Under the pieces are notes generated by a model. That model made no database searches. It saw nothing but the letters and a program-made list of their open reading frames with translations, and was not told the origin of the DNA. Both the position numbers and the translations under genes were made by a program. This document shows, piece by piece, positions 38,801 to 47,300 of a DNA stretch of 64,000 bases (positions within the stretch are counted from its first letter, which is position 1; each line of letters begins with the position of its first letter). The stretch is taken from contig JAHFFE010000005.1 of the NCBI GenBank assembly GCA_023248155.1, positions 29,057 through 93,056 on the forward strand, read 5' to 3'. This stretch comes from Candidatus Omnitrophota bacterium (GTDB lineage Bacteria; Omnitrophota; Gorgyraeia; 1-14-0-20-64-10).

Positions 38801-39304
38801 CAGTTGACGTTTACGGTTTCTGCGACAGAGCCGGATAACGAGAGCATAACATTCAGCGTAAAGAAACTTCCATCCGGCAATTTGCCTTCGGGCGCGTCAT
38901 TCAAAGTAACAACGAAGGTTTTCTCGTGGAAGCCGACATTCTCGCAGTCGGGGACCTATCATTTGGAGTTTAAAGCAAAAGATCCGGGCAATCGTGCGGA
39001 TACCGAAGATGTGGAGATTGTTGTCAATAATGTAAATCGGCCGCCGGTTCTGAATGCGATTTCCAATAAATCGGTCAAGAAAAACCGTTCATTAAGTTTT
39101 ACAATTTCAGGATCGGATCCCGACGGCGGTACGCTGACGTATGCGGCGAAGGATCTGCCGTCCGGCGCGCAGTTTAACGCGGCCACCCGTCAGTTCAGCT
39201 GGACTCCGACAACAACTCAGGTCGGAAGTTATGTGGTGAAGTTTACGCTGACAGATGGTACGGCAACTGTGGAGAAGAGCGTAACGATCACGGTAACAAA
39301 TTAA
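32846..39304 (+). CDS. Giant secreted subtilisin-family (S8) serine protease 1, with signal peptide, I9 propeptide, S8 domain, FG-GAP repeats, an Ig-like domain and about 10 cadherin-like (~95 aa) repeats
   Basis: The catalytic triad motifs are 'VAVIDTGVDYNHPDL', 'HGTHCSGIA' and 'GTSMACPHVSGLA'. FG-GAP repeats include 'DLDHDGRKEII' and 'VGDMDGDGLQEIF'. The start is placed at the ATG at 32846; the tracked ORF starts at TTG 32822. Confidence 0.9.
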   Translation: MVILKFGISKNWNRLISVALIFSVCFSPASPGAAEENKRGSFSEKTPAAVTKINDQGDVETKDSADSDGNDAFLPDELIIKLKDGKTPNDIEDLNKQYGVISNTKLFGENASPEDHLKDLRKKLQEKETTHESWYWQIDKNSEEYKEYVARLEKEKEELKERIQHFEQRLKRASGYQEAARALENIYKLNFAQSADIPSIVKIYSANPAVAYAEPNYKVSTNQIPNDPRYPEQWGPDKIQAPLAWDVTTGSSQVIVAVIDTGVDYNHPDLSANIWSDPITGQHGYDFFNKDNDPMDDNGHGTHCSGIANAVTNNSVGIAGISWNSRIMAVKFLSASGSGSIDDGASAIRWAADHGADVLSNSWGGGGYSETVNLAIEYAHSLGCVVVAAAGNDNTNQIFYPAGYEHVISVSATDQNDVKAYFSNYGYWVDVAAPGVSILSTVPSSSVSLGDPSGYKLLNGTSMACPHVSGLAALIVGSHPEFSDADVLSVLKATADDILSANTSYIGQGRINCRKALQVTKPPPTGALVTEGVLSGKRVIRGIAGGSDFTGYSLYYAPGRDAVSSSWTLIAHATGAVQDDFSTPQKNDGILYADFDTTRLSDGNYTLRLVVEGQNNLNVEYRTNIQSKNITVAFPLNNDILKKGETFTIRGGILGSFLDYSIEYGEGNSPTVWKTAGITLLHQGLGENYDGNLASWDTSVLTPVAYGPGNFYTLRITVRRSFGVMTSFVRMVYLDDKLKRGWPQYIPEITDYMPIVTADLDHDGRKEIIIVQPPGLPGNPTLLFVYNTDGSLRWSRRFNKDYSDGQFAIPVVGDMDGDGLQEIFLATRSDSDVFGSEIQAIRSDGSDFGHGWPVFVPSGGCSMLVSDLDRDGNVELVVRTAYPTYDIGIGAQYVTSLYIINRQGQIGVSVPMPFDHNPADPPNFSHPQFLAIGNFDDDPQMEIVTHCQGVKIAVFNMDGSMLPGWPVRVGEALWGPPVVGDVDRDGYDNIVVGTFLWDTSAGGLFVLDKDGHTLPGWPVLADGSFYTSPALGDLDGNGYLEICISLGKWTYLFDYRGNRLPGWPRETNDYSNFFNSNLLGDVNGDGKVDVVARAGGFRSAVVRTGDTSTSGGIYAWNLDGSPIDLNPYSSNVNLFTESFLVAFVGTFAEVPGILDDIDNDGKIDLIAASRVDIKWVSDEERMAGAAAEYKKRGSIYVWSLDAAYNASKTPWPMFQHDNACTGRDLADKDLSKHPDDLAPPNVFMTAPAHDAIIAGTIEVSAEASDNVGVSGVQFQLDGVNLGDEDTEAPYSTVWDTSTSDAGYHTLGAVARDSAGNSAASILIAVTVNSVPVLNPVADQAVREMDRLEFTLSGTDDDGDALTYSADNLPAGASFNPTSGLFAWTPDYTQEGAYSVYFTVNDGVDVSNTQTVNITVENVNRLPVLNAIPAQTVDEGSPISVTLSGSDLDGESLTYSSGNLPTGAVLNASTGLFEWTPDYTQSGSYSVSFTVSDGTAVSDTQTMNITVQNVNRSPVLNAIPAQTVDEGSPISITLSASDLDGESLTYSSANLPTGAVLNATTGLFEWTPDYTQSGSYSVSFTASDGTAVSDTQTVDITVGNVNRSPVLNAIPAQTVDEGSPLSVTLSALDADGESLTYSSGNLPAGAVLNATTGLFEWMPDYTQSGSYSVDFTASDGTVVTGAQTINITVQNVNRSPVLNAIPARTVDEGSPISVTLSASDLDGESLTYSSGNLPAGAVLNATTGLFEWMPDYTQSGSYSVSFTASDGTAVSDTQTVDITVGNVNRSPVLNTIPAQTVPEGNPLEFVFSGTDPDGDALTYSVGSLPVGAVWDASTHTLRWTPTYTQSGPYSITCTVSDGSLNASGTMSITVQNVNRSPVLSAIPAKTVDEGSPISVTLSASDPDGESLTYSSANLPTGAVLNASTGLFEWTPGYTQGGPGLGTPYTIQLTASDGQLSDTKSFSVNVKNKNGPPELALIGKKTINENEQLTFTVSATEPDNESITFSVKKLPSGNLPSGASFKVTTKVFSWKPTFSQSGTYHLEFKAKDPGNRADTEDVEIVVNNVNRPPVLNAISNKSVKKNRSLSFTISGSDPDGGTLTYAAKDLPSGAQFNAATRQFSWTPTTTQVGSYVVKFTLTDGTATVEKSVTITVTN
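37090..38490 (+). repeat. Intragenic tandem array of about five near-identical ~285-bp units (95-aa cadherin-like domains) within protease 1
   Basis: The unit 'NVNRSPVLNAIPAQTVDEGSPISVTLSASDLDGESLTYSSGNLPxGAVLNATTGLFEWTPDYTQSGSYSVSFTASDGTAVSDTQTVDITVQ' recurs at about 37090, 37375, 37660, 37945 and 38230. DNA identity between units is high; units 2 and 5 are nearly identical over more than 110 nt. Confidence 0.85.
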
Positions 39305-39305
39305 C

Positions 39306-39405
39306 ACGAATAATCTTCTTCCGCCCTTGATTTTTGGGCTGTTTTAAGCGATAGTTCCGTTGTAACAGGATGCACATATTCACAAACTGAAAAAGGCACA
39401 CTTCG
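39306..39405 (+). promoter_or_regulatory. Conserved upstream cassette, copy B, preceding S8 protease 2
   Basis: It is collinear with copy A from the stop-codon-proximal 'acgaataatctt' through 'ttcacaaactgaaaaaggcacacttc'. Confidence 0.55.
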
Positions 39406-39583
39406 GGGAACTGAAGGTCGCAAAGCCGCGGGTCCGTCCAGAGCAGGCTGGCGGATAGTCGGGCTACCAGGCAAAAGAAAATCAGGCTGGCAAGCGATCT
39501 TGGGATTCCCATGAACAGGGAAACCGGGATTTTTTATTTAGGCTGAATTTCGACTGTTTCAAAAAGGTTAACGGGGGGCTCAG

Positions 39584-42500
39584 ATGAAATTGACCAACTT
39601 CCGGAAGTGCAGCTGGAATCGATCCCCGTCTCTGTTTCTGGTGGTTTCCCTGTGTTTCTTGCAAATGCCGGTGACTTTCGCGCAGGCAATGGTCGATGAA
39701 GCTGTTCCGCCAACGAAAGCAATGACAGACGGATCTTTTGTTCCCGGCGAGCTGATTGTGAAGCTCAATGAAGGAAAGACCATGGAAGATTTGGCGGATC
39801 TGAATAGCGAATTTAATATCGTTTCAAGCGACCGGCTCTTTCAACATCTTGAGGCTTCTTCCGGGGATATCGGGAAGATGAAGAAAAAACTCAAAGAATT
39901 GAATGGCTTTCATGAGTCCTGGTACTGGCAGTTCGATAAGAATTCCAAAGAATACAAGGATTACCTGGCTAGACTTGAACAGCAGAAGAAAATTCTTGAG
40001 GCCGAGATCCAAAAAGCCGAACAGAGGCAGCAAATCTCCGATAAAGCCATCCAGAACAATCGCCTGGAAGATATCTATAAACTGGAAGTGGCCGAAAAGA
40101 CAACCGATATTTTGGCGATGGCCAGGACTTATTCAGCCCATCCCGCGGTGAAATATGCCGAGCCCAACTACGAAGTGAAAGTCAATTTCGAGCCCAATGA
40201 CCAGTACTGGACCAGCTCGGGAAGCTGGGGACAGCCCTACGACGATCTCTGGGGCCTCAAAAAAATCAAAGCGAATCTCGCCTGGGACAAGAGCAAGGGA
40301 GAGGGGATCATCGTCGCCGTGATTGACACCGGCGTGGATTATAATCACGAAGACATTAAAGACAATATGTGGATTAATCCCGCGGATGGGACATATGGGT
40401 TTAATTTTACCGCCAGCGGGGAAAGGGCTTATTTGATCCGAGATCCCATGGATGATCATGGTCATGGCACCCACTGCGCGGGAACCATTGCCGCCATTCA
40501 GAATAATGGTGTCGGCATTACCGGCGTGGCGCCGAGGGCGCGGATCATGGCCATTAAAGGTCTAAATAGAGAGGGGTCTGGCAGCGCGAGCAATCTTTCT
40601 GAAAGCGTCATTCAGGCCGTTCAAAGCGGAGCCGATGTCTTGAGCAATTCGTGGGGAGGAAGCGGGAGAAGCGATGTTTTTGAAGATGTTTTCAGGACGG
40701 CTCAGCAGAGTGGTGTCGTTTCTGTGGTGGCGGCAGGTAATGATAATGTAGATGCTTTGGATTTTCACCCCGCGTATTTGCCATCCGTCATTACGGTGGC
40801 GGCTTCCAATCCCGATGATGTTCGATGTTCTTTTTCCAATTACGGGGCTAAAGCCGATGTCTCGGCTCCGGGCGGCGACAGCGCCGGAACGAACGATGGA
40901 GACAATTTTTGGGGACGCAATATTCTGTCGCTTCGTTCCGATAACAAGGGTGACCCGACGGATATGTATTATCAGCCGCCCGGCGCGCATGAGCAGCAGG
41001 TGGTGGGCGGTAAATATTATCGGGCGCGCGGCACGTCCATGGCCTGTCCGCACGTCGCCGGAGTGGTGGCGCTGATTTTATCTGAACATCTTGATTTTTT
41101 GAATAAAGATCTGAATTTAGGCTCCCAAACCGGCAAAGTTCTTAGTATTTTGAAGGCGACCGGCGAACCCGTTTCGGAATCCAACCCGTTAAAATTCGTA
41201 GGTCCTCGGGTAAACGCATACGCAGCTCTTCAAGTCACACAGGAGCTGCCGGTAGGCATTTTAAAATCGATCGACGGTGAGCAATCTCCTTTGCCGCTTG
41301 TCCGCGGCATCGCTGGCGGGGCTAATTTCCTTCGATATGCGGTTTATTATGCCCATGCTGAGGATCCAACCTCCTGGAATCTGGTGACCGAATCGTCGAT
41401 ACCTGTTTTGGATGATCTGGCGACTGCCGATCCGGATGACGGGATCCTGAGCGACGCTCTTACCGTGGATAAGACCGGCTCGTACCTCGTGAGGTTGATT
41501 GTTTATTCCGTGGATGGCAAGCAGGTGATATCCCAAGTATCGTTTACGATTCCCAATGCGATTACAGCGCCGCTTTCCAACGACTTTATCAGCAGAAATA
41601 CAACGGCCGCCATCAAGGCGGATCTTAAGGGTGTTTATCAGGATTATGTTGTTGAATGGGGTGAGGGGAAGACCCCCCTGGAATGGAGAATCGCCGGAAT
41701 TACTCGTCTTCATCCCGGGCCGGGGGCGGATTTTTCAGGTGACATCGCTCTGTGGAATACCGCGCTCGTTCCATCGAGTTCTTATGCCAACGGCAGTTTC
41801 TACACGATCCGGGTAGGAATTCAAAAGTCGGGCGGCTGGGTTTACTCGTACAAAAACCTTATTTATCTTGATGCGGTTATGAAGCCCGGTTGGCCGCAGT
41901 ATATTCGGCCCGCCTGGTGGGATTTAAAGGCCGAGGATCAGGAACGGTTTAAGCAAGGAGATACGACCGATGTTACGGCAGCGGATCTTGACGGCGACGG
42001 GCAAAAAGAGATCATCGTTTGCGTTGCTAAGGTCAGAGATGAACAGCAGGGGAGCCTCTCTGTTTATAACAGCGACGGTTCTTTGCGCTGGTCAATAACC
42101 GTAGAAGATCTTCAATACACTGTTCCGGTCATTGGCGATATTAACGATGACGGAAAACAGGAAATATTCCTCGCGAATTCTTCTACGGAAGACAAGCTTT
42201 ACGGTTTCAAGTACGACGGCGGTGTTTTTCCGGGTTTCCCGGTCTCATTGGAGCGTTCCTCGTTTTTTATGATGGCCGATTTAAAATCGCCCGGAAACGC
42301 CGGTAAACGCCTCATCGGGATTTCTAAATTCTCCTATAGCGGAGAAGGTAAAACAGCGGTCATCTTGAAAAAAGACGGATCCGTTCAAAAGAAATTTAAA
42401 TTTACTAAGGGATCGAATTTAAGCGAAGTAATCCGATCACAGATCCCTGCGGTAGGCAATTTTGACAATGACCCGGAACTCGAGATTGTTGCCGTACAAG

Positions 42501-44296
42501 CCAACGGTGTCCAAGCGTTTAACCCCAACGGCACTCTTTGCGCGGGCTGGCCTTCTTCGGCCAATCAAATGCCCGAAGGTTATGATATTTACGGGTGCCC
42601 GGCCGTGGGAGATATCGATGGCGACGGATATGATAATGTGGTTGTGGCCGCTTTCAAAACACGTAGAGTGTCGGCAACCGGCGGTTTCAAGATTCTCAAT
42701 GAAGACCTGGCTGTTTTTGCTTTCGACAAGAACGGAGGCATCATGCCTGGCTGGCCCGTGCTGATGAATCAATTGTCTGACCTGATGACAAAGATGCCGT
42801 ACAGCCGCTATCAGTCTCCCGCGCTTGCGGATTTTAATGGAGACGGAAAACTTGAGATCGCGTTCGGCGTGGGGCCTTTTCATTATTTGTTCGACTACCG
42901 AGGCAATGTTCTTCCGGGCTGGCCGAGAAGCGTGCCGGCTCCGAGTATTCACCATGTGCAGATGGCCATTGGCGACGTGGACGGCGATGGAACGCCGGAT
43001 CTGATCTCTTCTGCCGGTGGTTTGCAAAAAGAGATCTTTACGGAGGAATCCTTGAGCACCACAGGAGGAATTTTTGCCTGGAAATTTGACGGGACACCCA
43101 TTGATCTTAATCCGGATCCGTCTATGGATTTCCTCCCGACCGAATTTGAAAGCAAGCCGCCCTTGACTCTTTCGGATATCGATGCGGATGGAAAAATAAA
43201 TATTGTTGCCAGTACTACGCAGGATTTCGTATTTGCCGAACATCAAGTCGCTCCAGTCAGCAAGCAGAGGCGCTCCATTAATGTCTGGGGATTGAACACC
43301 GCTTACGATGCCTCTACGATGCAGTGGCCTATGTATCAGCACGACACCATGCGCACGGGCCGTTACGTGAGTTCGGTTGAGGTTACTCCGGATCCTAATC
43401 CTGATCCGACACCCGTGCCAACCTCGAAGCCGGCTAAACCTTCTAGCCTGGGTGCGACTGCTGTTTCTGTTTCTCAGATCAACCTGGCATGGGCAGACAA
43501 CGCTAACAACGAGACGGGCTTTAAGATATACCGAAGCCTCACGGACTCGAATTATGTTGAGGTGGCCACGGCGTCTGCCAACGCGGTTTCATTCAGTGAT
43601 TTGAATCTTAACGCCGATACCCGATATTATTACAAGGTCTCGGCTGTTAATGCCGCCGGAGAATCGGCCAAATCCAGCAAGGCGGATGCCCGGACGAACG
43701 CGGTTCCGCAGCCGCCGGCTAAACCGTCTAACCTGGGTGCGACTGCTGTTTCTGCGTCTCAGATCAACCTGGCATGGGCAGATAACGCTAGCAACGAGAC
43801 GGGCTTCAAGATATATCGAAGTCTGACGGACTCGAACTATGCCGAGGTCGCTACGGCGCCTGCCAACGCGGTGTCATTCAGTGATGGGGGTCTGAACTCC
43901 GGCACCCGGTATTATTACAAGGTCTCGGCTTTCAATGCCGCCGGAGAATCGGCTTTCTCAAGCCAGGTTTCTGCGGTGACAATGTCTGTTACAGATCCAG
44001 CCCCTGCTCCGGATCAGGTTCCGGCGAAACCGGATAATCTTGGAGCACAGCAAATTTCAAGTTCCAGGATTCGGCTGACTTGGACGGATCGTTCGAGCAA
44101 CGAAACGGGTTTCAAGATATACAGAAGCATATCCCACAGGGCGCAGGATTCTATCTTGGTCGCTACCGTCTCGGCCAATGTCACGCACTACACCGATACC
44201 GGCCTTGATCGCGGACACCGCTATGGTTACAGGGTTTCTGCCGTTAATGGATCGGGTGAGTCCGAAAAAGCCGGCCCTGTCTATGAAAGGCTATAA
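39584..44296 (+). CDS. Giant secreted S8 serine protease 2, with signal peptide, propeptide, S8 domain, FG-GAP repeats and 3 C-terminal fibronectin-III domains
   Basis: Triad motifs are 'VAVIDTGVDYNHEDI', 'HGTHCAGTIA' and 'GTSMACPHVAGVVALI'. The FN3 repeats show 'TGFKIYRS...YYYKVSA'. Confidence 0.9.
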   Translation: MKLTNFRKCSWNRSPSLFLVVSLCFLQMPVTFAQAMVDEAVPPTKAMTDGSFVPGELIVKLNEGKTMEDLADLNSEFNIVSSDRLFQHLEASSGDIGKMKKKLKELNGFHESWYWQFDKNSKEYKDYLARLEQQKKILEAEIQKAEQRQQISDKAIQNNRLEDIYKLEVAEKTTDILAMARTYSAHPAVKYAEPNYEVKVNFEPNDQYWTSSGSWGQPYDDLWGLKKIKANLAWDKSKGEGIIVAVIDTGVDYNHEDIKDNMWINPADGTYGFNFTASGERAYLIRDPMDDHGHGTHCAGTIAAIQNNGVGITGVAPRARIMAIKGLNREGSGSASNLSESVIQAVQSGADVLSNSWGGSGRSDVFEDVFRTAQQSGVVSVVAAGNDNVDALDFHPAYLPSVITVAASNPDDVRCSFSNYGAKADVSAPGGDSAGTNDGDNFWGRNILSLRSDNKGDPTDMYYQPPGAHEQQVVGGKYYRARGTSMACPHVAGVVALILSEHLDFLNKDLNLGSQTGKVLSILKATGEPVSESNPLKFVGPRVNAYAALQVTQELPVGILKSIDGEQSPLPLVRGIAGGANFLRYAVYYAHAEDPTSWNLVTESSIPVLDDLATADPDDGILSDALTVDKTGSYLVRLIVYSVDGKQVISQVSFTIPNAITAPLSNDFISRNTTAAIKADLKGVYQDYVVEWGEGKTPLEWRIAGITRLHPGPGADFSGDIALWNTALVPSSSYANGSFYTIRVGIQKSGGWVYSYKNLIYLDAVMKPGWPQYIRPAWWDLKAEDQERFKQGDTTDVTAADLDGDGQKEIIVCVAKVRDEQQGSLSVYNSDGSLRWSITVEDLQYTVPVIGDINDDGKQEIFLANSSTEDKLYGFKYDGGVFPGFPVSLERSSFFMMADLKSPGNAGKRLIGISKFSYSGEGKTAVILKKDGSVQKKFKFTKGSNLSEVIRSQIPAVGNFDNDPELEIVAVQANGVQAFNPNGTLCAGWPSSANQMPEGYDIYGCPAVGDIDGDGYDNVVVAAFKTRRVSATGGFKILNEDLAVFAFDKNGGIMPGWPVLMNQLSDLMTKMPYSRYQSPALADFNGDGKLEIAFGVGPFHYLFDYRGNVLPGWPRSVPAPSIHHVQMAIGDVDGDGTPDLISSAGGLQKEIFTEESLSTTGGIFAWKFDGTPIDLNPDPSMDFLPTEFESKPPLTLSDIDADGKINIVASTTQDFVFAEHQVAPVSKQRRSINVWGLNTAYDASTMQWPMYQHDTMRTGRYVSSVEVTPDPNPDPTPVPTSKPAKPSSLGATAVSVSQINLAWADNANNETGFKIYRSLTDSNYVEVATASANAVSFSDLNLNADTRYYYKVSAVNAAGESAKSSKADARTNAVPQPPAKPSNLGATAVSASQINLAWADNASNETGFKIYRSLTDSNYAEVATAPANAVSFSDGGLNSGTRYYYKVSAFNAAGESAFSSQVSAVTMSVTDPAPAPDQVPAKPDNLGAQQISSSRIRLTWTDRSSNETGFKIYRSISHRAQDSILVATVSANVTHYTDTGLDRGHRYGYRVSAVNGSGESEKAGPVYERL
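43423..44290 (+). repeat. Three tandem FN3-coding repeats (~288-bp period) at the 3' end of protease 2. Units 1 and 2 are about 90% identical at DNA level.
   Basis: 'ccggctaaaccttctagcctgggtgcgactgctgtttctg...' at 43432 repeats at 43720. Confidence 0.8.
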
Positions 44297-44323
44297 TAGC
44301 TTCAGTTGCCATAGGTGACACTT

Positions 44324-44368
44324 TCTTTGTAGACTGATGCATAGATTTACAAACTGAAAAATGCATAC
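44324..44368 (+). promoter_or_regulatory. Conserved upstream core, copy C, preceding S8 protease 3
   Basis: 'ctttgtagactgatgcatagatttacaaactgaaaaatgcatac' shares the 'tgatgcRYAgAtTtACAAACTGAAAAAtGCAtAC' core. Confidence 0.5.
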
Positions 44369-44391
44369 TGTTTTTTAACGGGGGGGCTCAG

Positions 44392-47300
44392 ATGAAATTA
44401 ACCAACTTCCGGAAGTCCAGATGGAATCGATCCCTGTCTCTGTTTTTAGTAGCCTCCCTGTGCTTTTTGCAAATGCCGGTGACTTTCGCGCAGGCGATGG
44501 TTCCGGAATCCGCCGATCCCACTCAGATTGAGCCATCAGAAGATCTTCCAGAGTATGTTCCCGGCGAATTCATAGTGAAGCTGAAAGAAGGGCACACGCT
44601 GGCCGAGTTGGACGGCCTGCGGGTGGAAAACGGGATATTGAGCGCAGAACCAATTTTCCCGAAGGTAGCTTCTCCGGAAGAAAACTTGGCGGAACTTAAG
44701 CAGAAGCGGGCGGGTCTGGATAACCCGGATCATACGTCCTGGTTTTGGTGGTCGAACAAAGAATCGAGCGAGGCGAAAAATTACGAAGCGCGCAACGCTC
44801 GAGAGAAAGCTCGGTTAGACGCGGCGATCGCCGCGCAAACAGCGTTGGTCCAGAAACTAGTGGATCGCAAAAAGAGGGCACCCGAGGGATCGGTAGTACC
44901 TTCGTTGGAGGGGATTCATCTGCTGAAAGCCGCTTCCGACGCGGATGTTTCTTCCTTAGTAGCGATATTCCAGTCTAATCCCGCGGTGGACTATGCGCAA
45001 CCTAACTACAAACAAAAAATCCTCCAGGTTCCCAATGACGAATTCTATTCGATCCAGTGGGGTCCGCAGAAAATACAGGCCGATCTTGCCTGGGACATCA
45101 CCACCGGATCAGAGGATGTCATCATCGCCGTCATTGATACAGGGGTGGACTACAACCATCCGGACTTGGCGGCCAATATCTGGAGTGACCCAATCACCGG
45201 ACAGCATGGATATGATTTCTTCAATAATGACAATGATCCCATGGATGACCATGGCCATGGCACCCACTGCTCCGGTATTGCCAACGCGGTGACCAATAAC
45301 GCGATCGGTGTCGCCGGGATATCCTGGAATTCAAAGATTATGGCCTTAAAATTTTTATCTGCCGCCGGTTCGGGAGACACAGTGGATGGCCTTCGGGCCA
45401 TCGAATGGGCTGTCGATCATGGCGCGGATGTTCTCTCCAATAGCTGGGGAGGAGGGCCCTACGAGCCACCCCTTCAGCTGGCTATTGATTACGCGGATGC
45501 TTCGGGGTGCGTTGTCGTGGCAGCGGCTGGAAACAGTAATACCGATCGGGTTTTTTATCCTGCCGCCTATAATCATGTCATCTCTGTTGCGGCGACAAGT
45601 CGCAATGACCAAAGGGCTTCCTTTTCCAATTATGGCCCCTCGGTCGACGTGGCGGCTCCCGGTGTCGCCATTCTTTCCACGGTTCCTTCTTCGGGCGCGG
45701 CGCTGCGAGATCCGAGCGGCTACCGGTTGCTCAGCGGTACTTCGATGGCGTGTCCTCATGTCGCGGGCCTCGCGGGCCTGCTTCTCGCGGGTCGGCCGGG
45801 ACTTTCAACTCAGGAGGTTGAAAGCGTTCTGAAAGCAAGTTCGGATGATATATATGCGCAGCAGATCCCTGACCCCCTTACCGGTGCTTCTGTGCCGCTG
45901 AATCCGCTCTATATCGGCCAAGGCCGCATCAACGCCAGGAAAGCTGTGGAATTGATCCAAGGCCTGCCGATTGGAGCTCTTGTCACGCAAGGCCTATTGA
46001 CCGGTCCGGTGATTCGGGGATTAGCGGGCGGGGCCAATTTCGCGCGGTATGATCTTTATCATGGAAAGGGAATAAATCCCGCTCGAAGCGAGTGGGTGTT
46101 TATCCATGGTTCTACGGTACCCGTGCTGGATGATCCGGCGACTCCGGCGGCTAATAACGACGGCATCTTGTATGCTGATTTTGATCCAACGACGCTGGAA
46201 GAAGGGAAAAACACCTTAATTCTCGTGATCCAAACGCTGGATGGCCGCGAAATAGAATACAGGACGAGTGTCATGGCCATCAATTTTACCGCTCTCTTTC
46301 CGCTCAACAACGATATTCTGAGGAAAGGCGACAGTATTACTGTTCGCGGATCTATCCTGGGTTCGTTTCTGGATTATACAGTCCAGTACGGTGAGGGCAA
46401 GAATCCGCAGGTTTGGAAAACGGAAGGAATATCGCTGCTTCATCCGGGAGCCGGCAGAAACGTCGAGGGGGATCTCGCGTCCTGGGATACGTCTGTTGTG
46501 CCGCCGACGTCGCTGCTGTTTGGGAATTTTTACACATTAAAAATCAGCGTGACGAGAGAATCCGGCGTGAAGGACTATTTCATTTATATGGTTTATCTGG
46601 ACGATAAATTGAAACAGGGATGGCCGCAATACATCCAAAAATCTTCTTCCGGAAGCGCTGACTTCGCGGACATGAAAACAGCGGACCTGGATCAGGACGG
46701 CATCAAGGAGATCATTACGGTTCGCGCTGGAACCGAAATGGTTCCGATTACGGCTTTGTTTGTCTATCGTCTGGACGGATCTCTGAAATGGTCGAAGCAA
46801 TTGGACGGTTTTGGGAACGGGAGTATCGTTCCCTTGATTGGAGATATAAACAGGGATGGCAAAAACGAAATTTTTGTGAGCGTGCGTGATCCAGCCAGCC
46901 CGAGTGCCGATAAAATATATGCGTTTAACGGCGATGGAACTAATTTTGGCACGGGTTGGCCGGCCACGATAAGGCTTGGGCTCGCGACGCTTCTCATGGC
47001 GGATCTCAATCAGGACGGGAAAAATAAAATTGTCGCCCGGTCGCACAACAGTGAGTTGATCGGCGGCCGCGAGAAGGAGTTCCTGTTTATCCTCAATCAA
47101 GCGGGTGTTATCGAGAAGGAGATCGAGTTTCCGAATCAGTCGCGGAGTTTTTCGCGGTCACCTTTTCAGTCGGTTGGAAATTTTGATGACGATCGGGAGC
47201 TTGAAATTGTCCTGGTTTCTGGAACCGGATTAGCCGGTTCTTCTGAATCCGCTGTTTTTGTTTTTAATCCCGACGGTTCGCTGGTTTCCGGCTGGCCTGC

